In this document: positions 1 to 9,381 of the stretch, in pieces
How the letters are laid out: the number at the start of each line of letters is the position of its first letter
How positions within the stretch are numbered: the first letter of the stretch is position 1
Virus record (IMG/VR): IMGVR_UViG_3300005805_000204
Coordinates: 1-38,961 of that record
Strand: one strand, 5' to 3'
Source of the DNA: a virus
Taxonomy: Duplodnaviria; Caudoviricetes
DNA: 38,961 nt
Position numbers and translations under genes: made by a program
The notes under the pieces: generated by a model
Told to the model about the DNA's origin: nothing
The model's database searches: none
What the model saw: only the letters and a program-made list of their open reading frames with translations

Positions 1-115
1 TCGCTATGCAGACTCTTTTGATGCAGCATCAGCGACTACAGGTAGCCCAACAGTTACAGTCACCGGTGGATTTAGAATTTATATATTCAATGGCTCTGGG
101 TCAATTACTTTTTAA
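1..115 (+). CDS. C-terminal fragment of a glycine-rich-family tail/virion protein (truncated by window edge)
   Basis: Frame from nt 2 reads RYADSFDAASATTGSPTVTVTGGFRIYIFNGSGSITF*, resembling the C-terminus of the protein at 7540-8355 (IRY...GGFTIHTFTSSGTYTA). Confidence 0.7.
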   Translation, partial: RYADSFDAASATTGSPTVTVTGGFRIYIFNGSGSITF

Positions 116-117
116 AG

Positions 118-125
118 TATAAATA
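118..125 (+). promoter_or_regulatory. T4-type late promoter TATAAATA
   Basis: Exact T4 late consensus 30 nt upstream of the ATG at 156. Confidence 0.6.
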
Positions 126-155
126 CAATTTAATAAAAATATATAGGGTTTAAAA

Positions 156-1601
156 ATGGCACTAACACAAATAACTACATCAGGTATAGCAAATGGAGCA
201 GTTACTACTGCACAATTAGCACCCGGTGCCGGTGGCGGCCCTAAAATAACACAAATACAAATCACAGACAGTAGTGGTACCGTACTGGACGATACTGCTA
301 TAAGTACCAGCGGTGGATTTATAAAAATTACTGGTACTGGCTTTGCAGCCGAAGCACAAGTAATAATAAACAATATTTCAGCTTCATCAACTACATTTAC
401 TAGCACTACTGTATTGAACGCACAAGTGGGCCCACAATCGGCAGGTACATATAATGTTTATGTAGTGAATACTGACGGTGGTTTTGCTATCGCAGTAAAT
501 GGATTGACATACAGTGTTGAACCTATATGGGTAACGGCAAGCACATTGCCTACAATTTATAATAATGTTGCTTATAGCGTACAATTAAATGCTACTAACG
601 CTACTACATATACATTACAAGCGGGCAGTAGTCTACCAAGTGGTCTTACACTAACTAGCGGTGGATTATTAAGCGGTTCAATTCCCGTAGTATCAGAAAC
701 AACATATAATTTTACTATAATAGCTACCGACGCAGAATTACAAGATAGTCCAAGAGCATTTTCGCTACCAGCCGCTATTAGTTTGGGTGCATTTACTATT
801 TCTCCTAGCGTTTCAGGTAAATCAACATGGGATTTATCTATAGATGGTCCATTAAATCTAGGCACTTCAGCAACATACACGATTGTACCTACATCAACCT
901 TTACTGGTAATATCACAATGTGGGGTGCTGGCGGAGGAGCAGGTGGTCAAGGAGGCTCTGGTGGCGGCGCTGGATACTCAACTGGTCTGTTTGCATTTCA
1001 ATCTGGTCAATCTTACTTTATTCTAGTAGGACAGGGCGGTAGAGCAGGCGGCGGTGGAACTGCGTTAGGTGGAGGCGGAAGTGGTGATTCACTCAGAGGC
1101 GGTGGTGGAGGATATACTGGTTTATTTTCAGGTACATCAGCAGTACACGCTAATAGTATAATGCTAGCAGGAGGTGGTGGAGGAGCAGGCGGCGGTGGCG
1201 GCAGCGGCCCAGGCGGTGCTGGTGGAGGTAGTTCAGGTCAAGCAGGTAATGGTGGCTCAGGAGCTCAACCCGGTGGAGGCACACAAAGTGCCGGCGGCGC
1301 GGGCACCGGCGCTAGCGGTTCAGCATCGGGTTCTGCTTTAACAGGAGCCAATGGACTGTCTGGCGGCGCCGGCGGATATTTTGGCGGAGCATCTGGTGGA
1401 GATAACGGTCCATATGCTCCAGGCGCAGGCGGCGGAAGCGGTTATTTGGCAGGTAATGTATCTAGTGGAACAACTACTACAGGGTCAACTACTACGCCAG
1501 CAGAATCGAGTAACTCACTTAGAAACAATGCAGGTAGTCCTAGAACAGGAAGTTCAGGTAACGGTAATGACGGAAGATATTATCTTGCACCAATATCATA
1601 A
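156..1601 (+). CDS. Virion adhesin/tail-fibre-like protein: Ig-like (IPT/TIG and putative Ig) N-terminus plus glycine-rich C-terminus
   Basis: GGFIKITGTGF...GTYNVYVVNTDG (IPT-like); GSSLPSGLTLTSGGLLSG...YNFTIIATD (He_PIG-like); long GGGGG repeats. Confidence 0.7.
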   Translation: MALTQITTSGIANGAVTTAQLAPGAGGGPKITQIQITDSSGTVLDDTAISTSGGFIKITGTGFAAEAQVIINNISASSTTFTSTTVLNAQVGPQSAGTYNVYVVNTDGGFAIAVNGLTYSVEPIWVTASTLPTIYNNVAYSVQLNATNATTYTLQAGSSLPSGLTLTSGGLLSGSIPVVSETTYNFTIIATDAELQDSPRAFSLPAAISLGAFTISPSVSGKSTWDLSIDGPLNLGTSATYTIVPTSTFTGNITMWGAGGGAGGQGGSGGGAGYSTGLFAFQSGQSYFILVGQGGRAGGGGTALGGGGSGDSLRGGGGGYTGLFSGTSAVHANSIMLAGGGGGAGGGGGSGPGGAGGGSSGQAGNGGSGAQPGGGTQSAGGAGTGASGSASGSALTGANGLSGGAGGYFGGASGGDNGPYAPGAGGGSGYLAGNVSSGTTTTGSTTTPAESSNSLRNNAGSPRTGSSGNGNDGRYYLAPIS

Positions 1602-1619
1602 TTTTTTGAGAATTAAACA

Positions 1620-4178
1620 ATGCCATTAACACAAATAACTACATCAGGTATAGCAAATGAAGCAGTTACAACTGCACAGTTAGCACCTGGCGCCGCGGGC
1701 GGCCCTAAAATAACACAAATACAAATCACAGACAGTGGTGGTACTGTACTAGATGACACTGCGATTAGTCTTAGTGGCGGCTATATAAAAATTACTGGTA
1801 CTGGCTTTGCAGCAGGAGCACAAGTTATAGTAAATAACACTCCGGCTTCATCAACTACATTTACTAGTACTACTGTACTGAACGCCCAAGTAGGCCCACA
1901 AGTTGCAGGTACATATATTGTTTATGTGGTGAATACCGATGGAGGTGTTGCTATCGCAGTAAATGGATTAACTTATAGCAGTGAACCAAGTTGGGTTACC
2001 GGCAGCACACTTCCAGTACAACAGACCGATATAGCAATCAGTATACAGTTGAGTGCAACCGGAGCAACTGTATATACATTAGCAGCCGGCAGCACATTGC
2101 CTTCTGGATTGTCATTAACTAGTGGTGGATTACTAAGCGGTACTGTCTCTGTTGTCACAGAAACCACATACAGTTTTGTTGTCGATGCTATTGACACTGA
2201 ACTGCAAGATAGCCCACGAACATTTAGTTTAACTGTGAATGTTGTAGTACCGGACTCATTCTTTTACTTAACCTCTTTATTGTTGCCAGGAAACGGTTCT
2301 AACAATGCAACCAACAATACATTCTTAGACTCTAGTACCAATAACTTCACTGTTACTCGCAACGGCAACACAACTCAAGGCAATTTTTCACCGTTTAGCC
2401 AAACTGGCTGGAGCAATTTCTTTGATGGCTCTGGAGATTCACTACAAGTTGGTTCTAGTAACACTGGAGTAACTTTTGGTACAGCAGACTTTACCATAGA
2501 AACATGGATCTATTGGAATAGTTTAAGCAGTGAATCTGCTATTATGTTTGGTAGTAGTGTCGGTTGGACATTTTATGTTTATCCTGCTAATAAATTGCAA
2601 TGGGGTAGAACAAGTCCGCAAACACCTGCAAACTTATTAACTGGTAACACTACACTGAATACAGGAGTCTGGTATCACATAGCAGTTACAAGAGCTAGCG
2701 GCACAGTGACATTATGGGTCAATGGTGTGTCTGATGGTACAGTGGCAGATAGTGCTAACTATTCGGCATCAGGTGATTTGCGAGTCGGTGTATCTCATAG
2801 TGGTCAATTTTTTAATGGTTATCTGAGTAATGTTCGGGTAGTAAAAGACACCGCACTTTACACTTCCACTTTTACACCAAGTACAACACCACTAACTGCA
2901 ATAACAAACACCAGTATATTAACCTGTCAGTCAAACAGATTTATTGATAACAGTACAAACAACTTTACCATTACCCGTAACGGTGATGTTAGAATACAAG
3001 CATTTAGTCCCTTCAATCCTACTATAGCTTATAGTGCCGCAGTAGTAGGTGGTAGTGGTTACTTTGATGGATCGGACTCATTGTCTTTGGCAAGCAACGC
3101 TGCTTTTGATTTTGGCTCGGGAGAATTTACAGTTGAAATGTGGGTATACTCAACTGCTGCAATTGGGTCAACTCAAACCATGCTAATAGGTGGCGTAAGC
3201 ACTGGGTTTGTGACTTTCAGAATTACTGACTCGGCACTGCTAATAGATAGATATAATCAAGCATTGGATTTATCCGGGTCTACGTCGAACCCTCCCAATA
3301 CATGGGCGCACATTGCATTTGTAAGAGATGTAAACACACTACGAATATATAAAAACGGTGTTCAAGTTACCAGCGGATCCACTAGCCAATCATATAACCT
3401 TGGCGAACCAAATATTGCAGCCGGAGCAGGACTAGGAAGTTTCACTGGTTATTTTTCTGGTTTAAGAATTCTCAAAGGACAATGCTTGTATCCCAACGGA
3501 ACAACCTTTGCAGTACCCACAGCACCACCGACAGCTATAGCAAACACTTCAGTATTATTGAATTTTACCAATGACCCAATTGCAGATGCAACTTCAAAAA
3601 ATGTTGTTGAAACTGTGGGCGATGCAAAAATATCTACACTTCAAAGCAAATGGGGCGGATCAAGTATATTGTTTGACGGAAACGGTGACAGTCTAGCCAT
3701 GAATCCTGCAAACCAGCTGTTATTAAATGATTTCACAAAAACAGGATATGTCGGTACCATTGAAATGTGGTACAGACCAATTGCACTTACCAGCCCTCGG
3801 TCGTGTCTCATAGGCCACTGGCTTAATAATGCGGGGTGGACAATTGACGTTAGTAGTGCAGGTGATGTGTTTCTTTCCAACAACGGTGCAGGAACATCTA
3901 TATCTCTTTCGACTAAGGTAACAACCGGAGCGTGGCATCACTTTGCTGTAGTGAATACTGGAAGTATCCTAAACATTTATTTGAATGGAATTAATGTAGG
4001 TACTGCTAGTAATTATTCTTCGTCTAATCCTGGAATTGGTCAACTATTATATGTTGGGATTAGATCGGACAACTCATTGCCCACAAACGGATACATAAAC
4101 GATCTTCGTATTACCCAAGGTCTCGCAAGATATACCTCAAACTTCACACCACCCACATCAGCTTTTCCAATTCAATGA
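1620..4178 (+). CDS. Virion adhesin/tail-fibre-like protein: same Ig-like N-terminus plus three LamG/ConA-like lectin domains
   Basis: First ~205 aa nearly match the previous ORF; repeated DFTIETWIY/EFTVEMWVY/TIEMWY, WYHIAVTR/WAHIAFVR/WHHFAVV and GYLSNVRV/GYINDLRI motifs. Confidence 0.75.
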   Translation: MPLTQITTSGIANEAVTTAQLAPGAAGGPKITQIQITDSGGTVLDDTAISLSGGYIKITGTGFAAGAQVIVNNTPASSTTFTSTTVLNAQVGPQVAGTYIVYVVNTDGGVAIAVNGLTYSSEPSWVTGSTLPVQQTDIAISIQLSATGATVYTLAAGSTLPSGLSLTSGGLLSGTVSVVTETTYSFVVDAIDTELQDSPRTFSLTVNVVVPDSFFYLTSLLLPGNGSNNATNNTFLDSSTNNFTVTRNGNTTQGNFSPFSQTGWSNFFDGSGDSLQVGSSNTGVTFGTADFTIETWIYWNSLSSESAIMFGSSVGWTFYVYPANKLQWGRTSPQTPANLLTGNTTLNTGVWYHIAVTRASGTVTLWVNGVSDGTVADSANYSASGDLRVGVSHSGQFFNGYLSNVRVVKDTALYTSTFTPSTTPLTAITNTSILTCQSNRFIDNSTNNFTITRNGDVRIQAFSPFNPTIAYSAAVVGGSGYFDGSDSLSLASNAAFDFGSGEFTVEMWVYSTAAIGSTQTMLIGGVSTGFVTFRITDSALLIDRYNQALDLSGSTSNPPNTWAHIAFVRDVNTLRIYKNGVQVTSGSTSQSYNLGEPNIAAGAGLGSFTGYFSGLRILKGQCLYPNGTTFAVPTAPPTAIANTSVLLNFTNDPIADATSKNVVETVGDAKISTLQSKWGGSSILFDGNGDSLAMNPANQLLLNDFTKTGYVGTIEMWYRPIALTSPRSCLIGHWLNNAGWTIDVSSAGDVFLSNNGAGTSISLSTKVTTGAWHHFAVVNTGSILNIYLNGINVGTASNYSSSNPGIGQLLYVGIRSDNSLPTNGYINDLRITQGLARYTSNFTPPTSAFPIQ

Positions 4179-4326
4179 TTTTTAATAAATATCGACAGTC
4201 ACTGATTAAATACTATCAATATAAAGAGATATTGATATCAGTAATGATAGGAATGCCTGTCATAGCGAATTTAGAGTATATCAAATCACTGACTCAGAAT
4301 CAATTACTTTTTAATAGGATATAAAC

Positions 4327-4686
4327 ATGGCACATTTTGCACAAATAGACAGTAACAATATAGTTCAACAAGTTATAGTAGTTAATAACACTGAATTGCT
4401 TGACGAAAATGGACAAGAAAGTGAAAGCAAAGGTATTCAATTTTGCGAATCACTATTGGGTGGTTTTTGGGTACAAACAAGTTATAATGCTAGTTTTAGA
4501 AAAAACTTTGCCGGAATAGGTTACACTTTTGACAGAGCAAGACAAGCATTCATTCCCCCTAAACCATACAATTCATGGGTATTAAATGAAGGTACCTGTC
4601 ACTGGGATTCACCAGTTAGTATGCCTTCAGACGGCGAAATATATGTATGGAATGAAGATACATTAAGTTGGGATAGAACAAGTTAA
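4327..4686 (+). CDS. Small conserved phage tail-associated protein (MAHFAQID family)
   Basis: WVQTSYN..FRKNFAGIGYT..FIPPKPY..W motifs; paralogue at 8352; AGGA RBS upstream. Confidence 0.65.
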   Translation: MAHFAQIDSNNIVQQVIVVNNTELLDENGQESESKGIQFCESLLGGFWVQTSYNASFRKNFAGIGYTFDRARQAFIPPKPYNSWVLNEGTCHWDSPVSMPSDGEIYVWNEDTLSWDRTS

Positions 4687-4789
4687 AATTACTTGACGTT
4701 TTCTCTAAGACTTAAAAGATAAATACACATAGAATTTTAGTCACGTGTATGGATCCAAAAAAGATAAATACATGTATTAGGGGTAATAA

Positions 4790-7543
4790 ATGTCATTAAT
4801 TTTAAAACAAGAAACATCAGGTAACGTACCAATACCGCCGGCCGGCAAGGGTACTTTATTTCTCACAGCCAATAACCAAATCGCAGTCAAAGATGCTGCC
4901 GGTAGTACGTCATCATTTGTTACTATATCTTCAGGTGGCAATACTCAAATATTATACAATGATGACGGATCTTTGGGTGGAAATTCATCGTTAACGTTTA
5001 ATAAAACAACATCAACAATGACGGTTACGAATCTGTCAGTTACTGGTAACTTGAATGCAGGCGATATTAGTGTTTCTTCTATTGCAAACGGTACAAGTAA
5101 TGTTGATATTATTGGTGTTAGTGGTAATGTAACAACAAGTGTAGCAGGTGTAGCTAATGTATTAGTTATTACAACTACCGGTACAAATGTCACAGGAACA
5201 TTTAGTGCTACCGGAAACGCTAATGTAGGTAACTTGGGTGCTATTGGTATTGTAGCAACAACACTAGATGGTTCTTTAATTACTAATGCACAGCCAAATA
5301 TTACTAGTGTTGGTACATTAACCAACTTAGCAATAACAGGTAATGCAAGTGCTGGTAATTTTGATACAGGGGGCAAAGTAATTGCCTCAACGTTTGAATC
5401 AAATGTTGCTAATGGCACTGCTCCAATAGTAGTTATTTCAACAACAAAAGTAACAAATCTAAACGCTGATTTGCTTGACGGTTACGACACCGCAACAACA
5501 GCAACAGCAAACACAGTTGTTATACGTGATAGCAATGGAAGCTTTAGTGCAAACGTTATTACAGCAACATTAAGCGGCGCGGCAACAAGTGCTACTACAG
5601 CGGGTACAGTAACTACTGCGGCACAACCCAATATTACAAGTACCGGTACTCTCACTTCATTGACAGTTACAGGTACTACAACTGCGGGTAATCTATCAAC
5701 CGGTGGCACATTAAGCGTAACTGGCAATGCTAACGTCGGTAACTTAGGAACAGCAGGACTCATTACTGCATCTGGTAACGTATCAGGCGGTAATTTAACT
5801 ACAGGTGGTCTAGTAAGTGCTACTGGCAATATCGTATCAAGTGCAAATGTTGTCACTGATTTGATTGTTGGTAAAACATCAGGCGTAACTATCACCGCAG
5901 CCGGCTCAAATCAAAACATTAACTTAGTTCCAACAGGAACTGGTAAAGTTAACGTTGGTAACTTTATAATTTCTAACGTTGCATCTCCAGTAGCAAGTAC
6001 TGATGCGGCCACTAAACAATATGTTGATGATGTTGCCCAAGGTTTACATACTCACGATAGCTGTAACGCAGCCACTCAAACTACATTGGCAAGTATTTCA
6101 GGCGGTACTGTTACATATAATAACGGTACAAGCGGTGTTGGTGCAACATTAACAACAACAGGAACATACACAACTATTGACGGTGTTACATTATCAGATG
6201 GTATGCGTATTCTTGTTAAGGACGAAGTAACTACTGCAAATAATGGTATCTATGTAAGAACAAGTAGTACAGTGTTAACACGTGCAGATGACTTTGATAC
6301 TCCAACTGAAATGGCAGGCGGTGACTTTACATTCGTTACTGCAGGTACATTGTATGATAACACTGGTTGGGTAATGCCAGATCCAGTAACAACAGTTGGA
6401 ACAAGTCCAGTTGTTTGGGTACAGTTCAGTGGTGCAGGTACATATACTGCTGGTACTGGATTAGCATTAAATGGTTCTGTATTCAGTATCGCTAATACTA
6501 CTGTGGTCGCAGGTGCATACGGTAACGGAGATTACAACGCTACGTTTACTGTTAATGGCCAAGGTCAACTAAGTGCTGCCGCTAACGTAGCAATTACAGC
6601 AAATGCTGCTAACTTAACAGGTACAACTCTCACCGCAACTATTGTTAATTCTAGTTTAACAAGCGTTGGTACATTAACTAATTTATCAGTAAGTAATGCA
6701 ACCGGAGTAGTAAATTTTACAACAACTGCTAATGTTACATTGGGCGCAGTATCTAACTTACACATTACAGGCGGAACTGCAAATTATGTATTAAGCACAA
6801 ACGGTTCTGGTAATTTAAGTTGGGTGGCACAATCCGGTGACGTAATGAGCACTACATCACCGGCCACCGATGGCGCTTTGACGGCTTTTGACGGTACAAC
6901 TGGCAAGTTGATAAAGAGCGCCAACTTGACAGCCAACAACGTCATCTTGGGCAACGGCACCTCTGCTGTACAGGTTGTGGCCCCGGGCACTACGGGCAAC
7001 GTGTTGACCTCCAATGGTACAACTTGGACTTCGGCTGCACCTGTACAGGTCTACCCTGCTGCGGGCATGGCGGTTTCCACTGGAACGGCGTGGGGCACAT
7101 CAAAAACCACCCCCACAGGCGATGTGGTCGGTACAAGCGACACCCAGACTCTGACCAACAAGACGATCAGCGGTGCGGACAACACGATGACTGTTGACGG
7201 CACTAACGCCGTGGGCTTTCGCAACATCCCGCAAAACAGCCAGAGCGCAGCCTATACTCTGGTGCTGGCCGATGCTGGCAAGCACATTCTTCACCCATCC
7301 GCAGATGCCAATGCAAGAACATTCACGATCCCTGCGAACAGCAGCGTGGCTTACCCAATCGGCACGGCGGTCACGTTTGTGAACATGACAAGCCAAGTGG
7401 TGACAATTGCCATCACCTCGGACACGTTGACACTCAGCCCTGCTGGAACCTCCGGCTCACGCAGCTTGGCTCAATATGGTTCTGCCACGGCCATCAAAAT
7501 CGGCACTACACAGTGGCTCATCTCCGGAAGTGGTTTGACATGA
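4790..7543 (+). CDS. Long tail fibre-like protein
   Basis: Thr/Gly/Asn-rich repeats (AQPNITSVGTL), DAATKQYVD, RILVKDE..NNGIY..TRADDFD fibre motifs; C-terminal YTLVLADAGK..WLISG domain. Confidence 0.75.
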   Translation: MSLILKQETSGNVPIPPAGKGTLFLTANNQIAVKDAAGSTSSFVTISSGGNTQILYNDDGSLGGNSSLTFNKTTSTMTVTNLSVTGNLNAGDISVSSIANGTSNVDIIGVSGNVTTSVAGVANVLVITTTGTNVTGTFSATGNANVGNLGAIGIVATTLDGSLITNAQPNITSVGTLTNLAITGNASAGNFDTGGKVIASTFESNVANGTAPIVVISTTKVTNLNADLLDGYDTATTATANTVVIRDSNGSFSANVITATLSGAATSATTAGTVTTAAQPNITSTGTLTSLTVTGTTTAGNLSTGGTLSVTGNANVGNLGTAGLITASGNVSGGNLTTGGLVSATGNIVSSANVVTDLIVGKTSGVTITAAGSNQNINLVPTGTGKVNVGNFIISNVASPVASTDAATKQYVDDVAQGLHTHDSCNAATQTTLASISGGTVTYNNGTSGVGATLTTTGTYTTIDGVTLSDGMRILVKDEVTTANNGIYVRTSSTVLTRADDFDTPTEMAGGDFTFVTAGTLYDNTGWVMPDPVTTVGTSPVVWVQFSGAGTYTAGTGLALNGSVFSIANTTVVAGAYGNGDYNATFTVNGQGQLSAAANVAITANAANLTGTTLTATIVNSSLTSVGTLTNLSVSNATGVVNFTTTANVTLGAVSNLHITGGTANYVLSTNGSGNLSWVAQSGDVMSTTSPATDGALTAFDGTTGKLIKSANLTANNVILGNGTSAVQVVAPGTTGNVLTSNGTTWTSAAPVQVYPAAGMAVSTGTAWGTSKTTPTGDVVGTSDTQTLTNKTISGADNTMTVDGTNAVGFRNIPQNSQSAAYTLVLADAGKHILHPSADANARTFTIPANSSVAYPIGTAVTFVNMTSQVVTIAITSDTLTLSPAGTSGSRSLAQYGSATAIKIGTTQWLISGSGLT

Positions 7544-8355
7544 GTGGCGCACTTCAAGCTGTATTTCAAAACCAGCGGTCTTTTATCCCGCCAACGTATG
7601 ACGTTGAGTATTTGGTGATTGCCGGAGGTGGATCGGGCGGTTCTCAAGTAGGCGGCGGCGGCGGTGCAGGTGGCTATCGCACTGCAACAGGATTTACTTT
7701 GACCCCCGGGACTGCATACACCGCAACCGTTGGCAGTGGCGGAGCGGGCGGAGGTTATGCAGAAGGCACTTCTGGATCAAATTCAGTATTTAGTTCAATC
7801 ACATCTACTGGCGGGGGAAGAGGTTCCTCTGGTTACGGACCGGGGGCTGCTGGGTCTGGTGGCTCTGGTGGTGGCGGAAATGGTGACGGAAGTTATAACT
7901 GGGGTGGAGGCTCCGGGATAGCGGGTCAAGGTAATGCTGGCGGCGGTTCTAGCGGTTATTTGGCGGGGAGCGGCGGCGGCGGCGCAGGTGCGGCTGGTAA
8001 TACTGGCACTACATATGCTGGCGCAAACGGGGGTTCTGGCCTTGAGTCAAGCATCAACGGATCGTCCGTAACCCGCGCTGGCGGTGGTGGTGGGTCTGGT
8101 CTTTATGGGACTGGGTCTGGTGGCTCTGGTGGTGGCGGAAATGGTGGCAGCACGAATGCTACTAGCGGCTCTGCAAATACTGGCGGCGGCGGCGGGGCCA
8201 ATTTCGATGGCAGTGGTACGGCTGGTGCAAACGGTGGCTCCGGCATTGTGATCATCCGCTACGCAGGTGCTCAACGAGGCACTGGGGGCACCGTCACATC
8301 ATCTGGTGGATTCACCATCCACACCTTTACATCTTCTGGGACATATACAGCATGA
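7540..8355 (+). CDS. Glycine-rich tail-associated protein
   Basis: VEYLVIAGGGSGG...GGSGIVIIRY; start moved to ATG 7540, which overlaps the upstream TGA (ATGA). Confidence 0.7.
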   Translation: MSGALQAVFQNQRSFIPPTYDVEYLVIAGGGSGGSQVGGGGGAGGYRTATGFTLTPGTAYTATVGSGGAGGGYAEGTSGSNSVFSSITSTGGGRGSSGYGPGAAGSGGSGGGGNGDGSYNWGGGSGIAGQGNAGGGSSGYLAGSGGGGAGAAGNTGTTYAGANGGSGLESSINGSSVTRAGGGGGSGLYGTGSGGSGGGGNGGSTNATSGSANTGGGGGANFDGSGTAGANGGSGIVIIRYAGAQRGTGGTVTSSGGFTIHTFTSSGTYTA

Positions 8356-8762
8356 GCCAATTTGCACAAATTAACGAAAACAACATTGTCCAGCACGTTC
8401 TGGTTATTGAACAAGCTGAGATCGACACAGGTAACTGGGGCGACCCGGCCAGCTTTGTGCAGACCAGTTACAACACACGGGGCGGCATTTATTACATCCC
8501 CAACACCAACACGCCTGATCCAGATCAGTCCAAAGCATTCCGCAAGAATTTTGCTGGGATCGGTTACACATGGCTGCCAAATGGTCCAGAGGGCGAAGGG
8601 TTTGTTCCACCATCGCCGTACCCATCATGGGTAATGAACAGCTTTTCATACCTGTGGGAAGCGCCAGTGCCAATGCCGGTGCCAAACAACCCGCCAGAGT
8701 ATGTGTGGGACGAAGCCACATTGTCTTGGGTACTTGCTGACCCGCAACCGGAGCAACCATGA
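8352..8762 (+). CDS. Small tail-associated protein, paralogue of 4327-4686
   Basis: MSQFAQIN..VQTSYNT..FRKNFAGIGYT..PPSPYPSW; ATGA overlap with upstream gene. Confidence 0.65.
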   Translation: MSQFAQINENNIVQHVLVIEQAEIDTGNWGDPASFVQTSYNTRGGIYYIPNTNTPDPDQSKAFRKNFAGIGYTWLPNGPEGEGFVPPSPYPSWVMNSFSYLWEAPVPMPVPNNPPEYVWDEATLSWVLADPQPEQP

Positions 8763-8827
8763 AAAACTGGGCCGTAGCATTCTGTGCAGCGGTCCTTCTG
8801 GTTGGGCCGGTGGTGTGGCGCGCCTAA
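8759..8827 (+). pseudogene. Probable truncated remnant of a membrane/signal-peptide gene at the end of the GC-rich block
   Basis: ATGA-coupled 22-codon ORF MKNWAVAFCAAVLLVGPVVWRA* ending where base composition returns to AT-rich. Confidence 0.35.
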
Positions 8828-8937
8828 TGTTATTGGATAAGCATTTGAAAAATTTTGGTTGCCTGTAAATAACGAATAATAGATGCTTATCGTATATCTT
8901 AAATACAATAAGATAAAAAAATGATAAGTAAGTGTGT

Positions 8938-9381
8938 ATGAACATCTTTCAATCATCGTATGAAGCAAGGCTTCAAGATTGGTTTCAATTACGGAATTCC
9001 GTAATTAATCTACCCATAGAACAACAATGTATAACCATAGACGAATGGTGGCAACATGCACCGTTGGTTACCCATCATTTACATCCACATGACGTAGATA
9101 ATTGGCCTGATCCTTGGGAACTTTTGTCCGAAAATACCTATTGTGAGGTTGCAAGAGCATTAGGAATGTGTTATACTCTATATCTAATTGGAGTAAACGA
9201 CATAGAACTAGTTTTGGCTAGAAATGATACAGCAGAAGATGTGGTATTAGTCCTAGTTGACAACGCAAAATATATACTTAATTACTGGCCCGATACGGTA
9301 ATAAGTAATACACTAAAAGATTTTAAAGTAGTAGACCGGTTAGATATTAAAAAAATAAAAGATAAAATAGGTAAAATATGA
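8938..9381 (+). CDS. Hypothetical protein coupled to nrdA
   Basis: Clean ORF (WPDPWELL..YCEVARALG); its stop overlaps the nrdA ATG. Confidence 0.6.
   Translation: MNIFQSSYEARLQDWFQLRNSVINLPIEQQCITIDEWWQHAPLVTHHLHPHDVDNWPDPWELLSENTYCEVARALGMCYTLYLIGVNDIELVLARNDTAEDVVLVLVDNAKYILNYWPDTVISNTLKDFKVVDRLDIKKIKDKIGKI

Noticed and set aside
156-4178. Diversity-generating retroelement
   Set aside because: The repeat is N-terminal, differences are not adenine-specific, and no reverse transcriptase is in the window.
101-8968. Many minus-strand and alternate-frame ORFs over the tail genes
   Set aside because: They shadow long, motif-bearing plus-strand genes and have no RBS or motifs.
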